From assembly GCA_028534125.1 (NCBI GenBank), contig CM052816.1, positions 86,616,001-86,680,000 on the forward strand: 64,000 nucleotides of DNA, given 5' to 3'. Below are positions 38,950-52,299 of this stretch, piece after piece (the first letter of the stretch is position 1; every line of letters begins with the position of its first letter). A program made the translations under genes and the position numbers. The notes under the pieces were generated by a model that was given only the letters and a program-made list of their open reading frames with translations, was not told where the DNA came from and searched no databases. The stretch comes from Lama glama. Its lineage: Eukaryota.

Positions 38950-39585
38950 GTAATCAATACAGTAATAATTCTCCACATGGATGTATCATAATTTATTTAA
39001 TATTCCCTTCTAATTTTCATTTAGTTTCTAGTTTTATCCTATTACAAGCAATGTTGTAGATAATATCTTTTTATTTATGTAATTCTTTAAGGTATATTTC
39101 TAGAAATAGAACTGCTAGAACTTATATTTTAAATTATGATAAACATTGGCACACTAAAGAGATTAGAAATTACTTCACATTTCCACCACAATGTATTACA
39201 GTGCTTATATCTCCATGTCTTTGCCAATAATGTATATTTATAATGGTTGACAATCTTTGGTGACAAATGATATATCACTTTAAATATACTAATGAGGTGG
39301 AGATAGTTATATCAGGAGTTTATTGGCTGCTTGCATTTCTGTTTCTATGATCTGTCTTTTTATGTTCTTTGGCCAATCATCAATTTAATCTTAACATGAA
39401 GGAATTATGAATAGATTATGGATATTAACATTTTGTAATATACCTTGCAGATATTTTTTCCAGTTTTATGAAGAAATAACTAAGAAATAGCATCACTGTA
39501 TAAGTTTAAGGTATACAGAATGTTGGTTTGATTTATATATATTGTGAAATGATTACCACAATAGATTTAGTTAACATCTATCATC
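38950..39585 (-). mobile_element. Old L1 antisense fragments plus a short L1MA 3' end (about 39470-39585)
   Basis: tagaaatagaactgctag..tctccatgtctttgccaat; gtataagtttaaggtatacag..attgtgaaatgattaccacaat. Confidence 0.7.
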
Positions 39586-40543
39586 AAAGATGCAATGATT
39601 TTGAAGGCAAAATGGAAAGTAAGATTAGTTCTTATAAAATGGTAGGTAATCAAATAAAACTGACAAATTTAGTAAAGTTGGGAAAGTTTGAAATTGATGT
39701 TCTATAACATTCACTAAATCTTCAAAAAGAGAAAGATAATCACTGTTTAAAATGGACAAACCAGAACTGTAACTATTAAATATAAAACCTAAGGCACAAC
39801 AGCCAGACATTATAAAGTAGACTGAGATAACAAGCTCTTGCTGGTGGTTTAAAATTGGCCACTGGAACCAGAAGTATATGGATTTTCCTAAAAGTAAATG
39901 TCACAGGTCTTTTATTTGAAATGCGTGTTCTTAGGGTCTGCAAGCAAATCTCCCTATTAGCATCTAATTAAGTTCTAAAGAACAGGAGTGGGGAAAATGC
40001 TAAAAGAGAAATGAGTCTGACATTTGACTTTCATTGCTTACAACCTAGCTGATATAAAAGACAAGTGGATGAAACTGAAATGTGATAAAGAAGAATTCAC
40101 AGTTACAAAATTTTACAAAAATGTTGCAAGACAAAAAGGTGTTTATTAAAAAAAAAGGTGGTACAAAACAGAGAGAAAAAGTAAAAAAATCAAAAGACAC
40201 ATGGAAAACAGAAAATGTACATCAGAAAAGCATAAACCAAAAAAACACTCACTTCCTACAAAATCAAGACAGTACAGATCATTTTACTAAACCCAAAAAG
40301 GAGATAAAGTAAGAGACACAATTTTCTGCAGAAGATATTGCAGTAGAAAGAAGAAGAAGGAGGAAGAGGAGAAGAAGGGATAGAGAGAGGAAGAGGGAGC
40401 TTAAAAGGAAGGTGGAAGTTTTCAGGAAAACAAATGGAACAGGAAAATAAAAGCCTTATGAGGTGAAAGTCACATTGAAAACATTAAAATTATAATAAAT
40501 TTGAATAAAAACTTACAACAATACAATATATAGACTTATAAAA

Positions 40544-41045
40544 TGTGATGATTAATTTTATATGTCAATTTAACTAGGCTATGTAGTATCCAGATAATTG
40601 CTCAAACATTATTCTGGGTATTTCTGCAAGGGAGTTTTTGGATGAGACTAATATTTTAATCATTTGAGTAAAGTGGATTATCCTCCACAGTCTGAGTGAG
40701 CCTCATTCTATCAGTAGAAGACCTGAGCAGCACAAAAATCTTGACCCTCCCTGGAATAAGAGGGGATTCTCCAGCAGATTGCCTTTGGAGCTCATCTGCA
40801 CTGTTGGCTCTTCTCGTCTCTGCCTGTTGGCCTTCAGATTGGAACTACACTATCAGCTCTCTTGGGTCTTGAGCCTGCAGGTCCATACTGCATATTTGAA
40901 CTTGCCAGTTTCTGTAACAGCTTGAATCATTTCCTTACAATAAATCACACATACATACACACACACGCGTACACACACACACACACACACACACACAGAC
41001 CACTTCCTATTGATTCTGTTTCTCTAAAGAACCCTGTCTAATACA
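40544..41045 (+). mobile_element. ERV-L solo LTR (MLT2B-like) with an internal (CA)n
   Basis: tgtgatgattaattttatatgtcaatt...ttctgtttctctaaagaaccctgtctaataca. 5-bp TSD taaaa/caaaa. Confidence 0.92.
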
Positions 41046-41539
41046 CAAAATTCACACACTATCCAGTAGAAAGGAAAGCAAGGCTTAAGGCAGTTCCATT
41101 TTTGACCATGAAGAAGTAAAAAGGCAGGTGACTTCTCTTAACGAAAGTATCAACCATAATACTGTATAATATTTATGCATCCACTGACTTCAGGCATCAG
41201 ACAGTAGAAGATAGAAGATTGTGATCCTAGAGAGAAAGGAATTGCAAGAGGTAAGCTTCACATTCAAAACAATATTGTGTTTGGGGGCACTTTTCAAATC
41301 ATAGCAAAGGAAATGAAATGCAACCACAAAGAAGTTCTTAATGGATAAAACAAGTAGAGATTAGAGATTGGGGTTCTTGAAGCATCTAGAATTTGAGGGA
41401 CAATTAGCCAAAGGAATTAGTTACACAAGTAATCAAGATCCTGAAAACTGTTTCCTTCAGCCTGTATTCCAATACTAAGTTACATACGTAATGAACAGCA
41501 TTCTGCAAGATCTAGCAGAAAAGAGTACTAGAGAGTTGT

Positions 41540-42790
41540 GAGTAATGCAGAGATGAAAAAAGATGCACAATTGTACAGAGGCACTGGTGATCTGACCATG
41601 TAACTTTAAGTGACCTTGCCATAGAACACATTTTTTTTCAAGCACATATGGAACAGTCACAAAGATGAGCCATTGTTTGGAACATGAAACAAGTCTTGAT
41701 AAATTTCAAAGAATTTTAATTACACAAAATACATACTCTGAGCAAAATGAAATGAAATGAAAATCAATAACAAAAATATCTGGAAAATCCTCAAATAGTT
41801 GAAAACTAAACAATACATTTGTGTATAGTCATGAATAAATAATAAATAATAAAATATTAAAACATTTTGAACTGCATAATAAGAACATAAACAAATTTTG
41901 TGATGTATTTAAATCAATGCTTAAAGGAACTTTTATAGTCTTGATAAGTTTCCTTTTAATGAAACATTAAAACATTTTAAATGTTTATATTACATATAAA
42001 GAAAATTTTAAATCAATGGACAAAGTTTCCATCGTTAGAAACTAGGAAAAATGAGAACAAATTAAACCTAAATTAAGTTAAAATGTGGAATGAGTAAACA
42101 TGAGCTGAAATCAATAAGAAAAGGACAAATAAGATAAAAATGAATAAAATTAAAAGCAAATTATTTGAAAAGATAAATAAAACTGATAAAACCCTAGCAA
42201 GACTTATCAAGAAAAGACTGAAATTAAAGTAGCATCCAGGATTGCAATCTCACTTAAAGTTTGATATCCTCTTCCAACCTCACTGCTTCTTAGTAGAATT
42301 ACTAATATAACAAATGAAAAAGGTAACATCACTACAGATTCCATAAAATATTTAAAAAGGTAATGAGGAAAAAGTATACACAACTTTATGCCAATTAGTT
42401 TTATAGTTGAGAATACATGGATAAATTCCATGAAAGACATGGCATAAGAAGAAAGAGAAAGTCTTAAGTGTCATGTATCTATGAAAGAAAGTGGTATTTT
42501 AAGAAAAAACCCTTTTTATTTGAAGGAAATTTGGATCCATCTTCTTTACAAGTAATTTATTTAAAATACTTAGTAAAGAAATAATGCCAGCATTATACAA
42601 AATAGTTCAGATACCACATGAAGAAGTCACATTTCCCATATATTAAGTGAGGCCAGCAAAAAATTGTCACCCATTGCTTAAAGTTAGACTATGTAGAAAA
42701 TTGGACAGATATATGATGCTACTGGATTGGAAGATTCAATATTTTTAAAATGTCTATTCTTCTCAAATCAATCTAAACTTTAAAAAAAAA
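41540..42790 (+). mobile_element. Old L1 ORF2 (endonuclease and downstream) fragments
   Basis: acacattttttttcaagcacatatggaaca..aaacaagtcttgataaattt..aactgataaaaccctagcaagact..acatcactacagattcc. Confidence 0.85.
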
Positions 42791-44439
42791 AATTGCCATA
42801 CCAAATTGACCAGGCTCTTATGTGCTAAAGAGTTATATTAACTGGAAAGATTTTAGGTTAAAATACAATTTCAATTCTAGTTAGGAAATTAGAGAAAGCA
42901 AGAGTGTATGAATATATATTCGTACATATATATATTTGTATCATTTCAGAGTACAGCAGAGACTACAGAACACACAGTTGATCTAAGTAATATTAGGTGT
43001 AAGAAATGAGTACTAACTAAGAAGAAATGGTCAGAGGAAGATTTTGGAGAAATCAAATAGATTAGGGGTTAAGGACAGTGGGTCTGAACTCCCAGCTCCA
43101 TGGCTGCAAGGAGTAAAGGAGATGGCAGTAAAGCACTAGGTCAATGTCTAGCACATATTCGAACCCCTTATTAATCGTTATTATTACTAATATTAACTTT
43201 GAGAAACAAAATGAAGGCAGAGTTTTGAGAACTCTCAGGTTCACTATAGTCAGACTTTGCTTTCATTTGGGAAAGCAGAACAAATAAAGGAAACAAGGCC
43301 ATTTGCATTAGTCCAAGGCATATTCTCTACCTGAATAAAATATGTTCAGTGAAATAGTGTTTATTAACATAATCAAATTCCTCATAATTTATCTGAGTTT
43401 ATCCGTAATTCTCCAAACAGCCCAGCATTTGTATAGAAGGCTATCTGCATGGTTCTATTCATATTATTCCATTTGACCCAATCAAAATAATTACAAATCA
43501 TGAAGATATATTTTGAATTTGATGACTCAAATTTGAGAATAAGCTATGTTTTATTTAGTTTTTTTCCATTATGTAATTAAAGATGAAGAACTAACTTATT
43601 TTGAATGGAAAAGATTAAGGAAAATGAAGTTTTTCCTCCATCAAGAAACTTTTTATCTTCCATAGCTCAATGCTTGCCCATTCCACGAAAAACCAAATGG
43701 CCTTCCCTTTTTCAGAAAGGCTTTAATACCTGTTGTGAAAAACCTTTATTAGTGCTAATTGTTCGAGCAAGCAGTGAATGGGGAACAGCAGGCCTGGGGT
43801 TGAATGTGACCACGTACAATGAAAAGAAGCTCTATACTTCGTGGGCCTTTAAGCATGCAGCCAACCCTCCTGATTACAAAAGATGCAGAGTGCCATTAAA
43901 AGGCATCAAGATTTCCTGAAGACAATTATAAAGGCATACATCTGTTCTCAATCATGGGCGACAGGAGAGAAAATGTGCTCCACATGATACGTGACATACA
44001 ACAAAGGAGTCCTGCTGTGTGAAGAAAAGCATGTGAAAAGGCAATGGCTGAGAAGGACAGGGCAGAGGAAGCACTGTTACCACAATAGTGACCCATGGCA
44101 ATCTCTTTGAGTAGCTCTGTGGTGCCAAGATTTGTTTGTTCTCCCACAAAAAGGACCACCTGTGACATCCTCAATTATTGGTACTACTCATAAAAGAATA
44201 CTATTTACAAGACAATTTGGATTTGACATGTCAAATGACAAACATCTAAACAACCTACGTGGGCAAAGCATTTTCTCAGCCCTTTGTTCTAACAGTTCAG
44301 GATCAAAATTACCTTTATCTCCTTCTATAAATCTGTCATTCTAAACCATTTTGCATAATTTAAAATAGAACCATGAGTCTCATAATAAATGTCAATATGA
44401 ATAATTATTGCTGAAAATAATAATTAGGGAAAATTATAG

Positions 44440-44960
44440 GACCATTAACACATCTGACCCTACCACATCTCTCTCTCTTTCTCCCTCTCTTTCTCTCTTA
44501 TTCTTCCTAGATTTCAGCCACACTGCCTCCTTGCTATTCTTCCAACTTTACATACACCTCCAACTGGGCGTTTGTATCTGTTGTCCTGTCCACTTAGGAT
44601 GTTCTTGACCCAGTCATCCACAAGGCTCGCTTCCTCATCACTTGCACACATTTGCTAACATATCACCATTACAGTAAGGGTGTTCCTAAAAAGCCTCATT
44701 AAAACTGAACCCATTTCACACCCTTCTTGTTGTTTTTGATTTATTTTTTCACATAGCACTAATCAGCAGCTAACATAATATTTTCTTATTTTAAAAAATT
44801 CCAAAATAATTTTTGTATTTATTGTCTTTCCCTGGAGAACATAAGCTCTGTGGAATCAGGAAATTGGGGCTCTTTTGTTCAATGCTATATCGTTAACACC
44901 CAACAGCACATGGCACATGAAAAAAGCTCAAAATTATTTCTCAAATGATTTAATCAACTT
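44440..44960 (+). mobile_element. L2a 3' portion
   Basis: tcagccacactgcctccttgctattctt..cacaaggctcgcttcctc..ataagctctgtgg..ttttgttcaatgctatatc. Confidence 0.8.
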
Positions 44961-45007
44961 AGGATTTTTCGAGGTCTATAAATTTTAATTATGCAGTAAA
45001 GTATTGA

Positions 45008-45613
45008 TGCAACAGGTTTGAGGTACTCAAACCCTGCACATTCCAAAGAGAAGACTGGCCCTTAACTTGCTCCAGGGAGATAACCCTGGAGCCCTTTCAA
45101 ATATCCTGCCTGATGAGACTTAATTTGTAAATCTGAGATGTTGGGCTATCTATAATTTTTGGTAACATGTAACTTATGGTAAGCACTTCTTTTTGTGTAC
45201 CTGGGATTTGGGGCCACTCTGCATCAATTTGACCTTTGGGGGGCTGAAGCCCAAGTGGCTTAGGTCAGTCACATTGGTGCTCCATGCCTACACGACAGAC
45301 CAGTAAAACTCTGGCTTCAAGGCTCAGTCAGGAAGGACTGAGCTTCTCTGGCACCACCTTCTTAGTGTCATCACATTGTTGCTGGGAGAATTAAATGCTG
45401 TCTATTTGATTCTACTGGGAGAAGAAGATTGGAAGCCAGTGCCTGGTTTCTCTTGAGCTCTGCCCTGATGCACCTTTCTTTCCTTTCCTGATTTTAATCT
45501 ATTTATCCTTTCACTGTAATAAACTGTAACTGTGAGTATAACAGCTTTTTTAATTCGTGGGTATTTCTAGCAAATCATCAAACCTGAGGGTGGTCTCAGA
45601 AATCTCTGAAACA
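45008..45613 (+). mobile_element. ERVL-class solo LTR (MER21/MER68/MER77 group)
   Basis: aaaccctgcacattccaaag..cacattgttgctgggagaattaa..ctgtaataaactgtaactgtgagtataacagc..aacctgagggtggtct..aca. Confidence 0.8.
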
Positions 45614-46669
45614 ATAATTGTATCTATGTTTGAATAAAAATGAACTAATCGTTACTTTGTAGCTCAACTAAATTTTTAAATTATGAAACTTAATGTATAA
45701 GATCCATTCTAGAAAAATTATAATTTAGATTTACTTATGTGGATGAATAATGGTCTCCTTCTCATAAATAATAATTCATTGATTATTGGTAAATAAGAAT
45801 TATAGACCAATTAACAAAATTGATATTAGTACAATAACAGTATTGATCAATGTTATTTTTGACCCTGAAATTACCTGGGAAAAATATAAATAAGTTTCCA
45901 TGGATATTCAGAATTAATCTAAGCTTCACCTTATGAGAAATAATGCAGAGTGCCTATTACCATTTTTTCCTACTTTGAAAAATTTTAAAAACCAAAGTGG
46001 AAACATGCACCTAATCATAAATGTAATTTGCAAGTCTGCAAATAAAATAGATACATATAATAGATAAATCCTTCACAATTATGAGACTACATCTTTGTTT
46101 CAGCTTATACTGATGTCATGTGGCTGAGACCAAATCAGTGATAATGAATCCAAAAGCAACTTGGATGCTACCTAGGTTTCATGACCACATACCTCCCCTT
46201 GATTAATTTGAAGAGGCCAATGACTGTCTTAGATTTTTTGCATGTATAGGAAAGTCCAGTCAACTATCTCATATATCTATGTGACACCTAAAATTTTGCT
46301 ATGGAAATCTGATTTTGTTGAATTGATTAAAACACAAATTTTATAGCATGCTGATATTGCAGACATGTGCATGCGTTTGAGATAACAAGTATTCTTAAGA
46401 ACTTTGAATTTAACATGTTTCTTAAAAAAGGAGAGTGCATTTGATAATTATTTGAATTAAAAATGGAAATGCAAATATACACTGAACTCCCTTTTTTCTA
46501 ATTTTCCATAGTATGTCATAGACACCTTAACTTTTCTCACCTAACTCCTTTGATCCCCTAAGAAGGTAGAGGAAATGATTATGTCTTTAAGCTCAGTAAG
46601 ACTATAATGGTGTATGAGTATTATTTAGTATTTAGTACATATACTTATTTATTTAGTGTATGAATACAT

Positions 46670-47285
46670 GAAAGAAATAGGTGAGGGACATTAAAAGGTA
46701 CAAATTTCCAGTTGCAAAGTAAATGAGTTACTGGTATAAATGTGGGGAATATAGTCAATAACTATGTAGGATCTTTATATGGTGACATTATAACTAGACT
46801 TATCCCGGTGATCATTTTGAAATATATAGAAATGTTGAAATATTACATTGTGTAATAGGAATTAACATAGTGTTGTATATCAATTATACTTAAAAACAAA
46901 CAAACTCATAGAAAAAGATCAGATTTGTGGTTACCAGAGGCAAGAGGTGGGAGGAAGAGGAACTGGATAAAGACTGTCAAAAGATACAAACTTCCAGTTA
47001 TGAGATAAATAAGTACTAGGGATGTAATGTACAATGCAATAAATATAATTAACACTGCTGGATGTTATATATGCAAGTTGTTAAAACAGTAAATACTAAG
47101 AGTTCTCATCACAAGGAAAGATATATTTTTCTATTTCTTTAATTTTGTATCTATATGAGATAATATGATAATCACTTACTGCGATAATCATTTCATGATG
47201 TAAGTAAAATTATTATGCAGCATACCTTAAACTTATACAGTGTTCCATGACAATTATACCTCTATAAAACAGGAAGAAAAAATAT
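46670..47285 (+). mobile_element. Laurasiatherian L1 3' UTR with duplicated terminal module
   Basis: Two successive aaggtacaaa(t/c)ttccagtt..caattatac modules ending in an A-rich tail. Confidence 0.85.
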
Positions 47286-47307
47286 ATAAATAGAGAAAGA
47301 CAGCTTT

Positions 47308-47410
47308 ATGTATGTATGTATGTATGTATGTATGTATGTATGTATTTATGTGTTTATGTACATATTTGTGTGTGTGTGTGTCTGTGTGTGTGTGTGTGTG
47401 TGTGTCTGTG
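47308..47410. repeat. (TATG)n plus (TG)n compound microsatellite
   Basis: Directly visible. Confidence 0.95.
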
Positions 47411-48260
47411 CATTTGTTTCCCCAGGAAGAAATTTTAGAAATTTGGAGGGAGGAAATTTAATTATCATTGTTTGGGAGGCACTACTGACACTTAAATATG
47501 AAAGACTAGGAATCCTGGAACATGTGAAGAGTTACCTCAATAATGGGATTCTAAGTCCTTCACTCTTTTCGAACATCCGTCCAGATGTGCTTACAGGTGA
47601 AAACCATTCTATGTGTAATTCATAAAACCTAGACCCAAGTCAGCTTTACATATAAACACAAAGATGTTGGGACAGTTTTCCAGCAGTAATGCAAAAATAA
47701 GAGCAAAACAAAGAAAACAAAAATACCATTTGAGTCAGGGCTTCATATACTTGTTTAATCAAGCTTTAAGGTAAAATAATACTAAGAGTACTGTGGCTTC
47801 CATTTTTTATTGTTATCTTCATATTACTGAAATAGGTACTAGAATGACTGCATGATCTAAGTTCAGGGTAACAATTAAAACATGTCCTGTTCAACATCAG
47901 TCTGTTCCAGCTCACCTAGGTGCAGACAATTCAGGAGGTCAAATAGCTGTTAGACCATCCACATGTCTGAAGGTCTTCTAGATAATGTTTATTTTTAAAT
48001 CATTTCTAGGTATTTTATCTTTTCATCCACAATAAAGCATAATTATGTGCTGTTGTTTTTAAATAATAATAATAATTTCATATATGTTACAGAGACTCTT
48101 TAATTTTATGGACATTGAGGAGATTCATGTAAATTTTGTAAATTAAAAATAATATTAATGTTTTGATTTGCATTGTTAATCCCAGATTTTTTTTTGTCAA
48201 AAAATCACCATTCAAATATCATTTACACTATTTTAAAAAGAAATGATATTATTTTTAGCA

Positions 48261-48711
48261 CAAGCATACCTCATCTTTTTGCTCTTTGCTTTATTGGGTT
48301 TTGCACAGATTGAAGGTTTGTGATGACCCTGTGTCAATGGGTGCCATTTTTCCAACAGTACTTTCTCACTTTGTGTTTCTGTGTCATGTTGTGTAATTCT
48401 AGAAATATTTCAAATCTTTTATTATTATTATATTTGTTATTATAATTTGTGATCAGTGATATTTGATGTTACTATTGCAAGAAGATTATGACTAGCTGAA
48501 GGCTCAGGTGATGGTTAGCAATTTTTAGCATTAAAATATTTTTTAACTAAGGTACGCACTTTGTTTTGGACATAATGCTAGTGCACACTTAACAGATTAC
48601 AGAATAGTGTAAATATAACTTTTATATGCACTGAGAAACTGAAAAAATTATGTGACTCACTTTATTGCAGTGGTCTGGAACCAAACCCACAGTATCTCTG
48701 AGGTATGCTCA
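48261..48711 (+). mobile_element. Full-length Tigger1-derived non-autonomous element (Tigger1a_Art-like)
   Basis: Terminal inverted repeats caagcatacctc ... gaggtatgctca (consensus CAGGCATACCTC), followed by TA. Confidence 0.9.
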
Positions 48712-49829
48712 TATACACAGATTGAGAAAAATAGAACAGATTTTAAAAACAAAATTCCTGAAAACCACTAAGTTATAATTTTATGTTCTGAAAACCACTG
48801 TTATAATTTTATGAGTATCAACATATTCCATGCTGACATATTTATTACTACAGATTTTTCAAGGAAACACTAATGTCTATATTTTCATTGCTTATCTGAA
48901 AATATCTGGATTTTTTTTCCAAGTTGAGATAATTTTAATTGCATAATCACAACTTTTAATGTCATGAGTTTTACATATGAATACCTAATTAACAATAAAT
49001 ATGTGTTTGCAATTTATTTTTTATTGTGAATTATTTTTAAAATGTTTTTCTGGTATTGAGGAAAATTTCTTATTTAGGAAAATGAGGTGTCATTAGGGAA
49101 ATTATGAATGGACCAATTATTTATAAAATACAATTATTTTTCTCTGAGTTTATATAATTTAAATACATTTTTAAAATAAAATGCAATTTCACATTTTGGT
49201 ACAATGGTTTTAATTGAAAAAAGTAAGATAAAGCATTATAAAATCAAAATGAGTAGTGAAGGATTTCAGTAATACTAAATACTAGAAAGGTTATAATAGT
49301 TTATTTTAGGAAAATACTGTCTATATAAAAATAAATCTCTACAGTCATATTGTTCACCTATACACACAACTAGACTTTAAATAAAGCAAGCACTAAAAAC
49401 TTCTTGCAAAAGCTTTGTGAAAGAGAAAATATTTTGACTTCTGGGCCACAAATACCATTACGTTTGAAACAGAGTACAAATTCACGTTTCAACACTCAGA
49501 CTTACATGTTACAAACATTCCTTTTTATTGGTCTCCTTTCTCAACATCTTAACTGATGGACTCAATCCCCAGTTCACAGATTAAAGAAAAGCTATGAGAC
49601 AAGAACTCAAAGGTATAAATTTCTGTATATTTGTACCTCTTATTTTTCCCTGGTTTTCAGTAGAGACAGTGTCCCTTCTCCAGTTTAATGAAAATTCTTC
49701 TACCTTATTTGAAGCATTATTCTATTGACTGTCCCTTAGTACTTCAGTACTTTTAAGTTTCTTCTCTGACTTCTTTCCGTTAAACAGATAAATACATGTA
49801 AATATGCCCACCAAAAAATACACATAGTA

Positions 49830-50395
49830 CGTGAACGGATAATTGTGGCACAGCCATACAATTAAATAATATTCAGTGCTCAAAATATATGAGATACAAA
49901 ACCATGAAAAGACATAAAGGGATCTTAAACCATATTACTAAGTGAAAGAAGTCAATTTTGAAAAGGCGACATAGTGTTTGAGTCCAATTACACGACATTG
50001 TAGAAAAGGCAAAATTATTGAAACAGTGAAATGATCAGTGGGTGCCAGGGAGAAGGAGAGTAGAGAAAGGAAAAAGTGGAGTATAGAAGATTTTTAAGAC
50101 AGTGAAACTGTTCTGTATGATATTGCAATGAAGAGTACCAGACATTATGCATTCATCAAAACACACAGAACTTTACAACACAAAGAGGCAACCCTAATAT
50201 GAACTATGTATTTTAGTTAATAATAATATTTGCTCATCAATTTTAAAAAATTAACACACTGATGCAAGATGTTAATAATTGGGGAAGTGTTGAGGGGAGA
50301 GGGAACCTATGGGAACTGGGTACTTTTTAATCCATTTTTCTGTAAACCTAAAACTGCTCTAAAAAATTAAGTCATTAAGAGAAAACTAAAAACAA
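49830..50395 (+). mobile_element. L1MC1-like 3' end, inserted into an L2 relic (about 49500-49800 and 50400-51110)
   Basis: catattactaagtgaaagaagtcaatt..cagtgaaactgttctgtatgata..tttttctgtaaacctaaaactgctctaaaaaa. Confidence 0.85.
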
Positions 50396-52299
50396 AATAA
50401 CACACAAAAAAGCCTACAAACACATGCAACTTCTTTAAATTTTCACATATCTATACAACTTCTGCCTCTTTTTTCTTACCTGCCAAATCTATGTGATCTC
50501 TATGTCCTCATTTTCTACTAAATTTCCAAATGCCTTTATCTAACTTCTGATCCATATCTTCTTCATGGAAAGTACGCTAATACAGTGAATAGTTTAATTC
50601 TTATTTTACATGACCTAGCAGCAGAATTTGTCAATACTGTATTTTTTTAAACTTTTTTCTTTCTTTCTTCGCGTGTGTGTGTGTGCGTGTGTGTGTGATT
50701 ATCAAACTACCCTGCTTTTCCATGAACATCATTTTTGGCCACTCCTCAGCAGTTTTTTTTTTTAGGCTCATTATCGTCTTCCTCTCTGCAAATTAATGTA
50801 TTTCTACACTGCTTATTCAAAACCCTTCTGTGTGTTCATTCTACAATTTCTTTCTTGAAAAAAAAAAAGGGCTTCTGTTATGTCTGGGCTCTGTGGGCTC
50901 TAGTCTTCTCATCTGAGTTTCTGATCAATGACAATATTGCAAATCTACTTATGTGTTTCAAAGGTACTTTAAATTAACAAGTATACACTAAATTTATTAT
51001 CTCTTTCAAAAGTCAGTCTTCCTATAGAAAAATCACCTTTTTTAATCACTTAAAAAAATAAAACAACAACAAAAGGTCATTCTGATAACATCTTTCCATC
51101 TTGATCCATATCTAACAGCCTCAGTTTCAAATAATGGAAAACTCTAAGTGGTTTAAGCCAAAGAGTCAATATATTGACAGCTTTAACTTAATAGTTGGGA
51201 GGCTAGAAGAAACAGAGACATAGTTCTTTCGCAGTACTATTTTTCTTTGTGAATTTCTGGACCCTTATCTGTATCTGAGCTTCAATCTAAAGTTGCAAAA
51301 ACACTAATAGCCATACATGGAAGTATAAGTTTTATTACACAGACAAGGACAGAGGAAAAATAACTCTTCTGACAGCTTTTATGTAAAAGCTTTATTTTCT
51401 TTTGGCTTAAGATACCGAGTCACTTGAACAACCTTGAACCATAAACATTACACATGAGACAGTATTGGTTTTCTTAAACTAATTACGGTGTATTCTTGCA
51501 CTTAAGACGGAGTTAATTGCATCCAAGCAAAATAGCTGCTACACAATGGACTCAGGCATGAAGGATTATGAAAAAGACAATAGTAATGACCAGAATCTAT
51601 CATTTGTCTGCTTAACATTGATATATACCCTCCTTCTCATTCAGAAAGCTTCATAAATGTGCATGTTTAAATTCATCATACTCATACCATTTTCAAAGGG
51701 AGAAAAACCGATGTTTATTCCAACTGCTCTATTAAGCTCTGGCTCCAGAGTTTCTGTTGTATCAGCTCTCATCTTAATTGGATTCTGTCAGTGCTCTTCA
51801 TATTCCAGTTACGAATGACTAATTGGTAAGACATATGCCTCTAACATGCATGATCTATAATGAAAGAGCAAGACTGGAACACATGCAGTGGACACCCTCA
51901 GTTGCTGTGCTGCTGCTTGATTTAGTCACTTGAGTGGGATGTTAAAATGTTCACTGTGACAGGTTAATTGGCAGGTGGTAGGGATGGAATGTTTAGCTGA
52001 TAAGTGAAAATAAAAAGGTCAAGATCAAATAATAAAAGTTCTAAATGATCAAACTAAGAATTAAGAATCTGAGAGCCAAAACTATTTTTAAGTAGGGATG
52101 TGATTATTTTGATAACTAAGATGTACCCTGTGCTACTCCAAGAAGATGGGGTAATGAAGTTATTTCATCACATTGAAACCTAATATTAAGCAGTGAGGTT
52201 TGTTCAAGAAAACCATGAAAGAGGTGACAAAATCAAACACACATTAGGAGTTTTGAATTTTAGTGGGATTTTTTTTCACATGAGTATCTCATTTGTATT

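Noticed and set aside
48758..48813. Near-tandem duplication ctgaaaaccact(aa)gttataattttatg
   Set aside because: Ordinary slippage duplication with no spacers, so not CRISPR-like. Similar events occur at about 14985-15002 and 27745-27790.
51120..51900. Possible old MaLR LTR/internal relic
   Set aside because: Too degenerate to assign by eye.
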